Under the pieces are notes generated by a model. That model did no database searches and had not been told where the DNA came from. It was given only the letters and a program-made list of their open reading frames with translations. The position numbers were made by a program, and so were the translations under genes. This document shows, piece after piece, positions 1 through 15,000 of a stretch of 64,000 bases of DNA (its first letter is position 1; each line of letters opens with the position of its first letter). The stretch is from assembly GCA_038998335.1 (NCBI GenBank), contig JAVZHQ010000001.1:576001-640000 (forward strand), read 5' to 3'. This DNA comes from Candidatus Aenigmatarchaeota archaeon (GTDB taxonomy: Archaea > Aenigmatarchaeota > Aenigmatarchaeia > CG10238-14 > SCSR01).

Positions 1-3000
1 TCACCTAACACAGAAAGAATTGTTGTATGGAAAACTTGGGTCCCAGACGATGCACGCGGAACCTATACAGCTCTTTTTACTATTCAGACGCAAGATAAAA
101 CAGTAACAATACAAAGGAATTTTGAGGTTTATACTTTTCCTATTGTTATTTATCAAGCATCACCAGATTGGATCATAGCCAGAAGGACAGGTGTAAAATA
201 CAGAACTGTTTCTATTTGTAATTATGGTGATTATAACCTTACTGTTAATATTACGGAAATTAATTCCATGCAAGGAGGCACCACAGTTACTGCTTATCCT
301 ACCGCAAATATTACTACTTCTACTAGAGTAGAATGGTGGCTAAAAAGCATACCAACATCCAGATGTTTTATATACAATTTGACTTACACAAATCCGGGGG
401 ATATAGATCCTGGCCTCGAAGAATTCATTGTTATGGTCACTTATATCAATCCTTCTACTAACCTAGTTGAAACCTTAACAGACACCTTTTCAACAATTCA
501 AATTGATGCCAGAGATAAACCACAACTTAATGTAAGATTGTTTCCAACTCTTGTAAACGCTAACAATACTCTGGTCTCATTAGTCATTAGCAACAATGGA
601 AGAACTATTGGTATGGCTGTTTCACAAATAAGACTTTATATACCAGCAGGATTTATACCCTATCAATTCTCTTTAACTCCTGATACAGGATATCCAATCG
701 GATCTGCTGAAGAAGGTTGGGTTGTAACATGGTCGCCTTACTCAACAAACAGCTATCTTTATTCTATAGGCGTTGGGGGATCGGCAAGTTTAACCTTTAG
801 ACTTAACGTCTCTGACATTAGAAATTTTTCACCTGGAGGTAAAATTTTTACTGTCACGATATCTGGTTATCCGACTACTATTGATTCAAATACTTTAAGG
901 ATGCTTCTCTTTCCTACCGCAAAGTTTGTAGTGGAAAGAGAAGGTCCGCTTTTAAAAACAATAAGATATTACAATACTACACCAGCAGATGAACTGTTAG
1001 ATTTTCCAACTTTTTTTGTTTGTGGTAATTTTACAACAAAGTTACAAGTTTTTAATAAAGGAAACTTGCCAGCTAATAATTTCAACATAACTGAAAATAA
1101 GAATAATGTGAGTGTAACTCATCCTAACGATTTGCAATTTTCTTCTTTTGCTCCAACACCAAGTTATTACCTTCAATCTCGACTAATAAACTGGGATGGT
1201 AGCATAAATTTCATAGCTACAGGCAAAGATAATGCGAAAAACTATTCTTATTTAATTTCTGTTCCTTACCAGACAAATGGAACTTTTACTTTCTTTGCTC
1301 AACCAAAGAATGGAACTTTTACTTTCTTTGACGAAAATTACACAATTTTTATAGCATGCGGTGCTTCTTTAAGTGTTAGCGAACCAACAACAAAAAAAGG
1401 AGAAATAACTAACCCAACAATTTATGCTGGTGATATTTTCAACATTTCTTCAACAATTTATAACGATGGGCCAGGAAATGCAAGCAATGTTATAGTCGAA
1501 ATCAACTATACAAACACAACTCCCATTTCAGGCTTAGAAAATCTTGTAATTAAAAACTTTACCCAAGAAATTAGCAACTTAACTTACTTCGAAACAATTG
1601 GCCCAAAACAATCTAAAGTTGCTCATGTTGATTATACTTACATCGTTAATACAAGCGGTGTATCTCCAGGAACAATAAGGTTTTGCATAAAAGCAAACGC
1701 AACAGAAAATTCTAGTGAAGTTATAGCATGTAAAGATGTAACTCTAAATGCACCACCAGCAGTAATTGAAATGGAAAACCCGCTAATAATTTCTGATGAA
1801 ACCGGAACTTCAATCGGTTCTTGGGGTTTCAACTTCACTTTTAACATAAGCATTAGAGTTAGCAATTCAGATAATGATGTAGCTGTTTGTGCTTACTTTA
1901 GCAAAACTGGCACTGAACCTTGGAAGTTAGTTAGTTGCGATAGCTATCCTGCTCCAGGCTCATCTACAGGGCAATGGAGAAATTTCACTTTTAAGTTTGA
2001 TGCTGGTTGTGAAGATATAGGTTCGCCCGTATTTGTAAAATTCAATGCAACAAACAATGCAGGAACAACAAATTCAACCTCAACAACTTTTGCAATAACA
2101 AAAGATCAAGTGATATTTGAGGATATAATTGGAAATAACACAGAAACAAGAAGAGGAAAAACAACAACCTTACTTGCATTAAGAGTTAGGGATGCTAACG
2201 GAACTTTAATTACGAACTTACCAATAACTTTTTATGTAACGTTAGATGGCTCTATTTACGATTCTGGAACAACCAATTTAACTAATGCTTCTGCTTATGC
2301 AAACTATTACTTCCAAGCAAGATGCTCGCCAAAATATCAAGTAGGTTATCAAAGATGGAAAGTTATTTTAAGTAACGATGCATGCTACCAAGACAATTCA
2401 ACAGAAAGCTACTTTAATCTATCAGTACTAGTTACAGGAGATATTATTCTCAATTTTGTAAGACCAGATGGTCTGACAAACTATACACAAGAGCAAGAAG
2501 TTCCATTCTTGGGAGCAACTACTGATGATTGTGGAGATGCATTAACAACAACAGTAAGATATTTTGCAAATAAAAGTGAGCAAAGCTTTGAATGCTCTCC
2601 GGTAAGCCAAGTAGGAGCTAACGCTTACACTTGCGACTGGCAAACTTATATTTCTACACCTATGGGTTGGTATAATGCTACTATGATTGCAAACAGAACT
2701 TACCATTATTCAAACAGTACTGCAAATCTCGGCTTTCCAGGTTTATTCTATTTGTTCCCAGTAAAAAAACTTGAGAATCCTTCAGCTATGCCAACAACAG
2801 AAGGTTGGGGTTATAGAAACTGGAATTTCTCTGTAATAGCAAGCTCAGGAGATTCAGAAAATGTTTTGAATGTTAGCTTGTACATGGCAAAATCCTGGCC
2901 TCCTACAACAAAGTGTGATGCTCCAACTTGCCTAAACCAAACTCCAACAGAATGTTTTAATTGTATAGGAGAAACAAAGTTCTGGTATCGCAACTTTTCA

Positions 3001-6000
3001 GCTAACGAGCAAGGAACTTGGTATTATCAGTTTAAAATGGACGGAAAAGAAACTGAACAAGTTTTATCTGTTAACGTAGAAAAAGATGATAGTTTGATAG
3101 AATATGCAGAAGGAAACAATTCTTTTGCTAAGTATCAGCCTGCTCAAGCTGCAAAGCTTGTTGTAAGAGTTTTTGACTTGGATGCTAATACTTACAACTT
3201 GAATCCTCCTGCAAGCGTTAACTTCAGAATAAAGTATAACGGAGTTTACGATAGAATTGTAGGAAGCAACACAACCAATTCTTCAGGCTATGCAGAATTT
3301 TATTTCATTCCTGATTGCAGCTTTAACGGTGGAAACCAGTATTGGTATGCTGAAATAAATTCAAGCGAACCAAACTACAAGCCAAACGTTTCGCAAGAAT
3401 TCAACATAAGCTTAGATGTTTCAGGTTGTGTACCGCAAGTAAAAGTTTCTGCATCTTATAACCCAAGAGAAGTTTTCCTCTATCGCAACTTTACTGTTAA
3501 CGCAAGCATAACAACAATCGGCCCAGAAGGAAGTCAAGCAAATAGCGTTTATGTTAACATAAGCTTGCCTTCAGGCTGGCAAGTTGACGAAATAACAAAA
3601 AGCTTAGGAAGCATACAAGTAGGAGAAGTGAAAACAGTTTGGTGGCATGTTAACGCTACAAGCTATGGTTTAGCTAACGTAACGATTTTTGCAAACTCAA
3701 GTAATGCTGGAAGCGATTCTTTAACTTCCAACAACTTTATAGTTTACAAGCTCAAAGAAGCTTCTCTTCCCTTAGAGTCATTGCCTGTTGAATTGCAAGG
3801 AAATGAAGAAAAAATATTTTCATGGCAGTGTGAAGCAGGAGAATACAGAATTGCCAACTTAACAATAGCTTCAGCAAACTTAACCTCTCAACCAAAAGAA
3901 GTTTTGCTGAGAGTTTTTGTTTATAATGGAAACGAATGGATTGATGTATTGCACAACTATAAAATTAACTTGACTTCAGAAAGAAAAGATTTTGTTCCTA
4001 TATTGCAGAATCAAATAAACGTTAACGAAACTGGCTATTGCAGAGTTAAAATAAGCAATTTAGGAAGCAATCCAATCAACCTAACTAGCTTAACTCTTTC
4101 AGCTTACTCCAACGAAACTGTTCAAATTCAGGATATTGAAGTTAAAGTTAAAGAGCAAACCACTACTGGAATAGAATCAAGCGAAGAATTTTTCAACGTT
4201 ACTGTAAGAATTGCAAACTCAAACTCTAACAGTTATTCAGGAAATCTTTGGCTCAACATTACAAACAGCTCAAGCTATTTAGTTTACTCTTCTTCTCAAC
4301 CTGTTAACATTCCACCTAATAGCATAGCTCTAATTAACTTTACAAACATACCAACTTCTAATTGGTTAGAAGATGATTACAACTTGAAAGCTTACCTAAG
4401 CTACAATTCTAAATCAACAGAAAGAGCAGAGCAACTTATATTCAAAAATATTATTGTTTCGAGCAAAACAAGCAGATGGATTTGCAACTCTTCAACCGAG
4501 CAATACAACGTTACAATAGTTCATCCTTTTGCTGATAGCGTAGAATATAACGTAAGCTTGGAAGTTCCTCCTGGCTGGAGCTTTAGCCCAAGCTATCAAA
4601 CAATAACTACAAACTCTCCTGGAAATTATACTCTAAGCTTTAACTTAACTTCAAGCAATGCTGCTAGCGAAATTGTAATTATTAACGCAACCGTTAATTA
4701 TACCTATCCTGGAATCCAAAAATCAAAAAAAGCAAGCTTTAGTGTAGAGGAAAGCAATTCTATAGCAATTCTAGAAGTGATAAGGGAAACTCCAAAAATA
4801 ATAGGAAAAGATACTGTCTTTGATTCTCAGCTAACCGTTCATAACAAAGGATGCGCTCCAACAAGCGGAACAACAGTAGTTAAAGAAGTTTTGTCAACAG
4901 GTTGGACTCCTGCAAATCCGGGAATAAAAACAAACGAGTACGGCCAAGACGTTCAACTAATTTCAAGCTCAGTTGATTTGATAAATAATGTAATAATATG
5001 GCAGCTTGGTTCGATAGGAGTAAACAAGTATGCAGTTCTAACTTATCAAGTTAAGTCTCCTCCAAGCCTAAGCCAGCAAGGAAGCTTAAGGTATAACGTA
5101 AGCTGGGAAGGTAAAAGCTTACAAGAAGAAAAGGCTTATTTCATTCAAACTTTCAATTATACAGAAGAACCTCACCTAGAATTTGATTTAGAAGTTTTGC
5201 AGCAAGCCGATTATCCATGGCCAGAACCAAGGTCAGCTCAGTTAAACAAAAACTACAACTATAGCTTAAAAGTAACCAATATTGGAGATAGCTTAGCAAG
5301 CAATTGGAATGTAAGCATAAAAATACCAGAAAGCTGCGAAGTCAAGCAAGTTTATAATTCAGGATTTTGGAATGAAACTTCTAGAAAAATAACATGGCAG
5401 CTTCCTGATTTGGCTGTTTATTCAAGCGTAAGACTTAACTTCACTTTAAACTGCTCTTCTGTAGGCAAACAAGTTTTTATAGCAGAAGGAATAAAAGATA
5501 CGAGAGAAGAAACAAGCTTTGTTAATGATACAAACATAAACTGCTTTGGTTCAAGCTGCTCGTTAACTCAAGCTTACAGCTTCACTAAACCAAGCAATGC
5601 AAGATATGAAAAACTGAAGGAAGCAAACTTTTTGATAAGTTATGAATGGAAAGGACAGAACGTAACTATCGGACAAGCTTCTGTTAGTTTTGCTGATGAT
5701 TTGCTTAATTACAAAATTGCTTGGCAGAATTATTCCTTAGGTTCTTCTAACGGAAAGGTTTGGGGCAATTATAGCATAGACGAAAACGAGCAAGAAAATT
5801 ACATTCTAGCAAGCAGGAACATAGCAATAAACGCTTATGCAGATGCAACTTATGAGCCGAAAGCCAATTTAACAGTTGAAAAAATTGTCTACACTTGGAA
5901 AACTGGAAGGCTTTTCGAAGAAAATCAAGAGCTATTCGCAAAAATTAAAGTCTATACTTACACTCCTTTGCTTGAAAACTCAACCTTATACATAAACGGA

Positions 6001-9000
6001 GATAAGACAAGAACCATAGGAGGTTGGGGAGAGCAATTCAACTTTAGCGTGATGGTAAGAGATAGGTTTGGTCGTGACGTTACAGTTTATGCATGGCACA
6101 GAAAAGGAATTGCTGATTATTCGCTAATAGGAAGCTGGATTTGCTATTCTTGCTTAGAATGGACTCAAGTCAATTTCAGCTATGATTATGTTGGTTCAGA
6201 CATAGGAAGCTGGGACTTCAAGTTTAACGCAAGTAATGCAGATGGTACAAGCGAATTGCCAGGTTATGGCTATACCGTAGAGGCTGATGAAATAAACGTT
6301 TACAACATTACTCCAAGCTGGAATTCCATAGTTAACAGAAGCCAGCTAACAAACTTTGTTTTGCAAGTTTGGGATCGCGACAATCAAAGCTATCCTGGTT
6401 ATTTGTTACCTGGACAAGCAGATGAGGGAAGAGGAAAAATATTTATTTCTAAGTTTGGTAGCCCAGAAACTTTTGATTCATCGCCAGCAATATCAGCAAA
6501 CGAAACAGGTCATTTAATAAGAAGCATGCAAAATTCTTCTGATAGTTGGTGCAAGGTTAGCGATTACTATCTAGGACAAAACTATTGGAAAGGAGGAGTT
6601 AGCGGAGCAACAACTTATAAAGATAATATAACTCAAGTAATGCCTTTCTGGTTAATGGGTGATTTGTCTAACAGCTACTTAACTCAGCCCTTAGGTGAGC
6701 AAAACTTTACTCGAGGCCAAACAATAAATTTCAACGGAGTAATAAAAGATGATTGCAACGATGTAAAAAGCGATGCTGCTAAGTTTGGAGCTGAGTATAG
6801 AATTTCACACGGAGAAACAACTTACGTTATTGTTTCTGATTTAACCTCAGCAAGCTGGCAGGTTCCTCAAGACGCTCCTCTTGGTTGGTATAATGTAACG
6901 ATGATAGCTTTTGCTGAAGGAAGTGAAGCTGGAAAATACTGGAACGGAACTTTCTTCAAAGAAAATGCATTCTTCATAGCAACAGTTCCAAAACTTGATA
7001 ACCCAGAAGTCCAGCCTTTAGTGGGAAGCTGGGAAATTAAGCCTTTCAACTTTTCAGTTTTTGTTACTAGTGAAGATGGAGAAACAGTTTTAATAAAACT
7101 CTGGCTTAAAAATTCAAGTATTGATTGGTACGTAGAAAACTTAACTTATTGCATTAATTGCAACAATTACTTCTTCCTAACTCAAAAGAATTTCACTTGC
7201 GAAAATATTGGCGAGTGGCAAGCAAAGTTTAACGCAAGCTCTTCAACAAGCTTTACAAACGAAACTCAAATAATCAATTTTAACGTTACCAAATCAGCAA
7301 TTTCAATAAATTATGCCGAAGGAAATAACACGATAGTAAACAGAAGCGATTCTGCGTTAAGAAATTCTGTTAAGCTTGCTGTTCAAATTTGGAATTTGGT
7401 CTTGAACAATTACACAACTGTTATTCCAAACGATAACGTTAAGTTCTGGGTTCAAACTGGTTTAGATTGGAAGGAAGAATTTGAAACAAGCAATGAAACG
7501 CACTATTATTTAGATTTCAACCCAAGCTGTGAATACTTGCCAGGAATAAGAAAATGGAAAGTTAACTCAAGTCATGCATGCTATGCTGACAACAGCTCAG
7601 AGGAATTTTATGTCACAATAATTGCTAATTTAACAAACAACTTAGAAAAACCTGACGGAAGCGTTAACTATACTGCTGGGAGTTTGATAGATTTAAACGG
7701 AACGATAATAGATGATTGCTTGCAAGCAGTAGTAGGAGCTAACGTTAGGTTTAAGCTTCAATCAGGCTCTAATGTTTATTACTGCCCAAGCTCAGGCTAC
7801 GTAACTAACGCTACAGGTAATTTCTACAATTGCACTTGGGATTCTTCTGGGAAGCCAGGAGGATGGTACAACGTTACGATGGAATCTTTCAAAGATTATC
7901 ATGTAAACGGAATTGTTACAAGAGAGAATGCTTTCTTCTTGATTACTCCAGTTGAGCTTATTTCTCCACAAGTAAGTCCGAGCATAGGAGGATGGGGCGA
8001 ACTCCACAACTTTTCTGTGATAGTAAATCATTATGCTAACGTTAACGTTTGCTTGTTAGAAAGAACTCCTACAAGCGAATGGAGCGTTACTGAATGCAAG
8101 TTTATAGAAAACCCAAGTAATAAACTTGTGAATTTCACAAAAACTTATTCTTGTGAAGATTTGCAAGCAAGCAGCTTGTGGTACTTTGCTTTTAATGCTA
8201 GTGAACCAGGAGTTCCAGAAACTTATTCAAACACTTCTCAGCTAAGCCACACTTTAGAAAAGAATGATATTGCTTTCATTTACTTTGAAGGGAATGAAAC
8301 TCAAGTTAACAGAAACGGGAGTGCTACAACTAAGTTTGTTCTTTATGTTAACGATACTGACAGAAACTTGCCAGCTTATACTTTGCTTGCAGGCTCTCCA
8401 AAGCCTGTTGTTGGCTTTAGAATTCACAACGGCACAGCTTACCTAACAGACGGAACAAACACAACAAATTCTTCTGGTTACGTTAGCTATTACTTCAATC
8501 CTTCTTGCAGCTATGAGGTTGGAAAAAGAAATTGGTATGCTTTTACTTCAGGTGATTCTTGCTATAAAGATGCAAGCTCTTCAGTTTTTAACGTAACGAT
8601 AATTGGAGATTTAGTTCCAAACATCACTTACCCAAGCGGAGAAACTTACTACAGAACTCAATCTCTTTATGTAAACGTTTCAGGTGATGTAAGAGATGAA
8701 TGCAACTTAAATTACATAAGCAATGCTTTAGTTAACTTCACACTTTACTGGGCAGCAAACCCAAGCGTTCAATACCATTGCGAAGAAATTGGAAATTATG
8801 GAAACGGAACTTACAACTGCACTTTTGACGCAACAAGCTACGATGAAGGTTGGTATCATGTAAGAATGAACGCTTCAAACGTAGAATATTACAATAATGG
8901 AAGTGATTATAAAGAGTACAGGTTTAAGATAGTTCAAGTTTGGCAGCCTCCTGTTCTAGAAGATGAAACTGTTTTGCCTGAGCAGGATTGGGGATGGGGT

Positions 9001-12000
9001 GAAAACTTCACTTTTAAGGTTAACGTTAGCGATGAAAATGCAGATGATGTTAACGTAAGCTTATGGCTCTCTCCAGACAATCAAACTTGGTTCTATGTTG
9101 GTTCTCAAATGTGTTATGATTGTGGAATAAAAACTGAGCTTACTTTCTATTACAAAGGGTTTAAATGTAGCGATATGCCTCAGTATTACTTCAAGTTCAA
9201 CGCAAGTGATGTTCATAATTCTACTGATAGACCAGGAAAAAGCTTTACTTTAACAAAGGATGATGTTGTTATAGAATATTCTGGCCTTTCAGAAGGTAAC
9301 AACTCTTGGGTTGACAGAAATTCTGGTTCGGTTTTGCTAAAAGTAAGAATTTATGATTTGGATAACAAAAGCTACGTTCCTTCAAACGTTCAAGGAAAAG
9401 TTTATGTTACAAAAGATCAGATTAACTATGACTCTGGTTGGTTAGGCTTTACAGATTCTCAAGGATATTTGGGAGTATACTTTGCTCCAGACTGTGATTA
9501 TTTAGTAGGAATGCAATACTGGAAAGCTGGAACTTACCAAGATTCTTGCTATAAGGATGCTAATTCAACCTTGCTTTTGACAACAAACATTAGAGGTTGG
9601 TTAAACAATAGCATAACTGAGCCAAATGGAGAAGCTTACCTTTCAAACGAAAACGTAACGATAAGAGGAAATGTTAGTGATGAATGTGGTTTAACAATAA
9701 ACGATGCTTCAGTAACCTTCAGAATTTTCCACACAGGCTACAATGCTTTTTCAACAGTTTGCGAAGAAGTTTTGAACGAGGGAAATAGTTATTATAATTG
9801 CACTTGGAACGTTTCAAGCAATCCTTCAGGCTGGTATAACGTTGAGATGAATTCCTCAAGAGATTATTATAATAATGGAACAAAAATTAAAGATCAAGTT
9901 TTCTTCCATCAAGTTAACCCTGTTTTAACAAGTGAATTTGTTTCTCCGCAGCAAGCACCTTGGGGTTCAACCTTTGTTTTCAAGGTAAACGTTACTGATG
10001 ATGACGATATAGTTAACGTAAGCCTATGGATAAGAAAGCTGCCGACAGGAGAATTTTATCTTGCAAACTCAACTCTTTGCTCAGATTGCATAAATAGACA
10101 AGTTGAATTGAGTAAAAGGTATACAGCTGGTACTGATATCGGAGATTATGAATGGTTTATAAACGCAAGTGATTTACATTCCGGCTATGTAGAAACTTCT
10201 GTAAAAACTTTCAACGTTACTAAAAGAAACACTTATTGGATTTATTCTCAAGGAAACAACTCTTGGGTTAGCAGAATAGGAAGCAACACAACAATACTAG
10301 AAGCAAGGTTGTTCGATGCCTTTACGAACAGCTATTTGGATAAAGGTTCTGATGCTCTTTACATAAACGTTACAAAAGATGGAACTTGGGGAAAATGGTC
10401 TAACTCTTCAAGCTTAGGTTATTTAACCATAGCTTTTGATCCAGATTGCAGTTATTCTGTTGGAGAACAAAAATGGAAAGCTGTTTTTAGTGGTGATGCT
10501 TACTATTATGGAAGTGAAAGTCAGAACTTCACTGTTTATATTTATTCAGAATTTTACGCTCAAGTTCTCCAGCCAAACGGGGAAGTTTATGCAGAAGGAG
10601 AAAACATTCAAATAGTTGGAAAGTTAAGAGACGAATGTTTAAATAATATTCCAGGAGCAGCAACAATATTCAGAATTTATCCAGGAGATTATTCTTGTAA
10701 TCCTGAGCCAGCTAACGATTTGGGAAACGGAAATTATAGCTGCACTTTTGGAACAACTGGACTGCTTGGATGGTATGACATAAGCATGAACTCTAGCAAA
10801 AACTATTTCAACGATACCTATACTTTAAAACAAAACGCTTTTCAAGTAAGAAGAAAGCCAAGCATTACAAGCTACCAAGTTTCACCACAACAAGAAGGAT
10901 GGGGTTATAACTTTACTGTAAGCGCTTATCTTTTGGATGCTGATTCAGGAGATACTTTGCAAATTAGCTTGTGGAAATCTTATGACGGAACAAATTGGAT
11001 TCATGTTAGTTCGCAAGTTAAGGATGATTGCACTTCTGGTTGTGATATAACGTTTAATCCAGAGTTTACTTGCTCAGATTATCTTTCAGGACCAACTATT
11101 TATCTTAAGCTTAACGTTAGCGATTCTTACGGACTTAAAAATGAAACTTCTTCCTTTACAGTAACTCTTGAGAAAGATGATGTAAGCTTTTACACGATAC
11201 AAGCTCCTTCTTCTGTTGATAGGGAAGGAGGAGTAGGAGTTTTTGTTGTTAGAGTTAACGACACAGACAAAAATGCTTGGGTTGATAACTCGCAAGAAAT
11301 TGTTAAAGGATATTTCTGGTTTACAAAAGAACCTTCTACTCCAACTTGGGACTCTGGATTGCTTACAACAGTTAACTCTTCTGGTTACATGCAAGTAAGC
11401 TTTGATCCTAATTGTAGCTATGCAGCAAGCTACCAATACTGGAAAGTCGGAATTTTAGATAACAATTGTTATGCAGATATAAACTCAACAGAATCAGGTT
11501 TTACCATAAAAGGTCAACTCAAAAGCAATTTGTACTTGCCTGAAAGGTTCTCTCAATTTAACGTTTCAGACTTGATAAACATAAGATGGAACGTTTATTC
11601 TGATTGCTATGGTATAAGCGAGGCTTATGATTCTGGAAATATAACAGGAGTTAGCAATATCTTAAACTTATACAACTTTGGAAATTCTTCTTCTTGTACA
11701 GATATAAACGAAATTTTCGAAGGAAACTACAACTGCACTTGGGATTCTACTTCCCAACCAGAAGGAAACTGGACGATTAACATTCAAGTCTCAAAAGCAA
11801 ACTATAACTCAAACTCTACAAATTATACAAATTGGTTCTGGCTTGAAAACTTAGCCCCAGAAATTCTTGAAATAAAAGTTTCTCCTGAGCAAGCAGGCTG
11901 GGGTTCAGTTTTCAACTACTCAGTTTACGTTAAGGATGAAGAAAACGATGAAGTAACTTGTTTGCTTTATGTGAACACAACAGGAAATTTTGTTTTTAAA

Positions 12001-15000
12001 GGATTAAATTCAACTTCAACTCCTGGCTTATGTAACGTTATAGTTAATGATTTCACTTGCCAAGACCAAAGCAACGCAAGCTTTTACTTTATAGTTAATG
12101 ATACTTTCAACAAAGTAAACACTTCTGAAATTCTTGGAATAACTCAAGGACCAAACATAACTAAGAATAGCTTAAGCATAAGTTTAATTCAGGGAAATAA
12201 TGCAAAGGTTAACAGGTCAGATAGCAGCATAGGAAGTACAACTAGATTTATCTTGTTCGTTAACGATACAACAAGAAATTCTGCTCCTTTGGAAAACACA
12301 AACGGGAGTATTTTAATAACTTACGATTACTCTAACTTCTATTCTTACTTTGTTCAAACAAACTCTTCTGGCTACTTAAACTTTGATTTTAACCCAGGTT
12401 GTGAGTACCAAACTGGAAAGCAGTATTGGATAGCATTTATAGGAGATGCTTGCTATGAAACAAGGTTTACAAATTCTACTCCTTCAGAGAATTACACTGT
12501 AGAAATCTATGGCGACTTAAACTTGGAAATAATCTCGCCAAAAGGAGAAAAGTACTTGAGAAGTAGTTATCCTGACGGACAAAATGTTAATCTAACTGCA
12601 AGAGTTACTACAGATTGCTCTTTAGAAGGAGGAGTAAGCGATGCCTTAGTTAACTTCACTTTAACTCAAGGACTTACCAACAAATATTGCTCAGATATAG
12701 AAAATCTGGGAGAAGGCTATTTCCACTGCATGCTCAACACAAGTGAATTTGCAGCAAAAGGCTGGAATGTTACTTTTAACGCAAGTAGGAATTATTATAA
12801 CCCATCTTCCCTAACAGATATTTTCCAAATTTGGCAGAAAGGATTCTGGGTCGAAACAAAACCAGTTTTAACAACAGATTTCAGCTATGCTTCTTACAAC
12901 TCTACAGGCCATGTAGGAGATGGAGGATGGGGAGAAACTTGGATTTTCAAGGTTAACGTTACCGATGAAGATGAAGACACTTTAAAAGTTAGCCTTTACA
13001 TAAACAGAAGCGATAATGGCGAGTGGGCACAACCAGTAATGGGAGAAGGAAACACAACTAACTCAACAGTAAAAGGAATAAATGTTACAGTAACTTTTGT
13101 TGTAAAACTACCCTCTCCTGTAGCCTTAGGTGGAAGCTCACCAATAGGGCCACATGCCTTCAAGTTTAACGTTAGTGAAAAGGAAGATATATTCGGTAAT
13201 GCAACAATAGACTTTCCACAAAACATAAACGAAACTGGTAACGGAACTTTTGTTTATCAAAAGGATGATGTTATTCTTGAGCATATAGCCGGAAACAATA
13301 CTGTAGTAAACAGAACTGGCAATCAAATTCAAGCTTTAACAGTAAGAGTTTACGATGCTGATAGAGGAGTTTATCCAACTTTCACAAGCACTGGAGCAAG
13401 GATTTGGGTAACTACTGACTTAGCTTCAAATTATGTAGAAATTCCCGGAACTACTTCGGTTCAAAACAGTTACATAAACACTTCAGCAACACAATTTGAT
13501 CCGGATTGTAGGTTTAAGATTGGGCCACAAAAATGGAAAGCTGGGATAACTAGCGATAATATCCATTACAAAGAAACAAATTCGAGCGAGTTTTTCATAA
13601 ACATAACTACTGTTAGTCTATCATTTAAGTATATCTCTCCAAAAAATGGAAAGCTTTTCGTTAAATCTCCTGTGCCAGCAGATTCCATTTTGCTTGTAGG
13701 AAATGTTAGCGATGATTGTGGAGGAGTAAACCAATCAACAGCAAACTTTTACTTGTATAGAGGAGAAACGATAAAAGACTGCTCTTTAATAGGAACGATA
13801 GTAGACTATAATAATGGAACTTATGGTTGCTTGATTTCAAACTCAACCCTATATTCAGACCCTGAGCTAGATTATGGTTATTGGAATGTTAGTTTTAACG
13901 CAAGCAAGAGCTATTATAACTCTTCAAAAGAAGAGTTTGAGCAGAACGCTTTGTACATAGCCTCAAGACCAAAGTTAACAACAGGCTCTGCTTATGTTTC
14001 TACAGGCAATTACACAAGTGGATGGGGAGATTTATGGTTCTTTGAGGTTGACGTTGAAGATGAAGATTATCTTGGAGAACAAGGAAGTTTGGTTAACGTG
14101 AGCTTTTGGGTTAACTTGACAGGAGAATGGGAATATGTTGGTTCTCAAGTTTGCTCACCACCATGCACAGGAATAGGGATAAACGCTCTAAAATTTGAAA
14201 AAAGCTTTTCTTGTGAAAATATGGGAACGAGATTTTTCAAGTTCAACGCAACAGACAACTTTTATTCAACAGATAAAAGATTTAGAGCAGAAAGCTCAAC
14301 TCAAAGTTTCACTCTTTCTCCCGACCTAGCCTCCTTAACAATCGAACAAGGCGACGGCTCAAGCGTTAACAGAGTGGGAATAGAAACTTCTGTTTTAAAG
14401 GCAAGCATAACAGACTGGTCAAAAGGTGGAACAACAGTAACCGAACAAGGAATAAGCGGGAGAATTTACATAACAAAAAACAGAACGACTTTTGATTCTT
14501 TCATTCCTTTAACTACTGGTTCTGACGGTTTATTCACTTATGACTTTGATCCTGATTGCAGCTTTTACACTGGAAGACAATGGTGGAAAGTTGAGCTAAC
14601 AGATTCTTGCTATTCTTCTGCTTCTTCTCAAAACGCAACGGTTTATGTTTATGGTCAACTTTACAGCAACTTAGTACATCCTCCTTATGGTTGGGTAAAC
14701 GGAACAGGAACTCTAATACCAATCACACTTGACGTAAAAAGTGATTGCTCTGGATATATAGATGAAGAAAGTCCAGGCGTTCCAAATTCAACAGAAGGAA
14801 TAAGCTATCCTATAAGAATTAGAAGGCCTGACGATAGCACTATTGAAAACTGCTATCCATGGCAGGATTGGGGAAATGGAACTTATAATTGTACTTTTGA
14901 CACAATTTATCATCCTCCAGGATATTATGATATAATTCTAAGTAGCGCTAAGGAGTACTTTATACCAAACACAACTTACTATCATGATTGGTTTGAGTTG

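Noticed and set aside
268-270. ATG at 268 as the start of the giant protein
   Set aside because: The frame is open from base 1 and no signal peptide follows this Met, so the real start lies upstream of the window.
1276-1330. 22-bp direct repeat AATGGAACTTTTACTTTCTTTG with an 11-bp spacer
   Set aside because: Only two copies, in frame within the giant CDS (NGTFTFF twice). This is a local micro-duplication, not a CRISPR array or att site.
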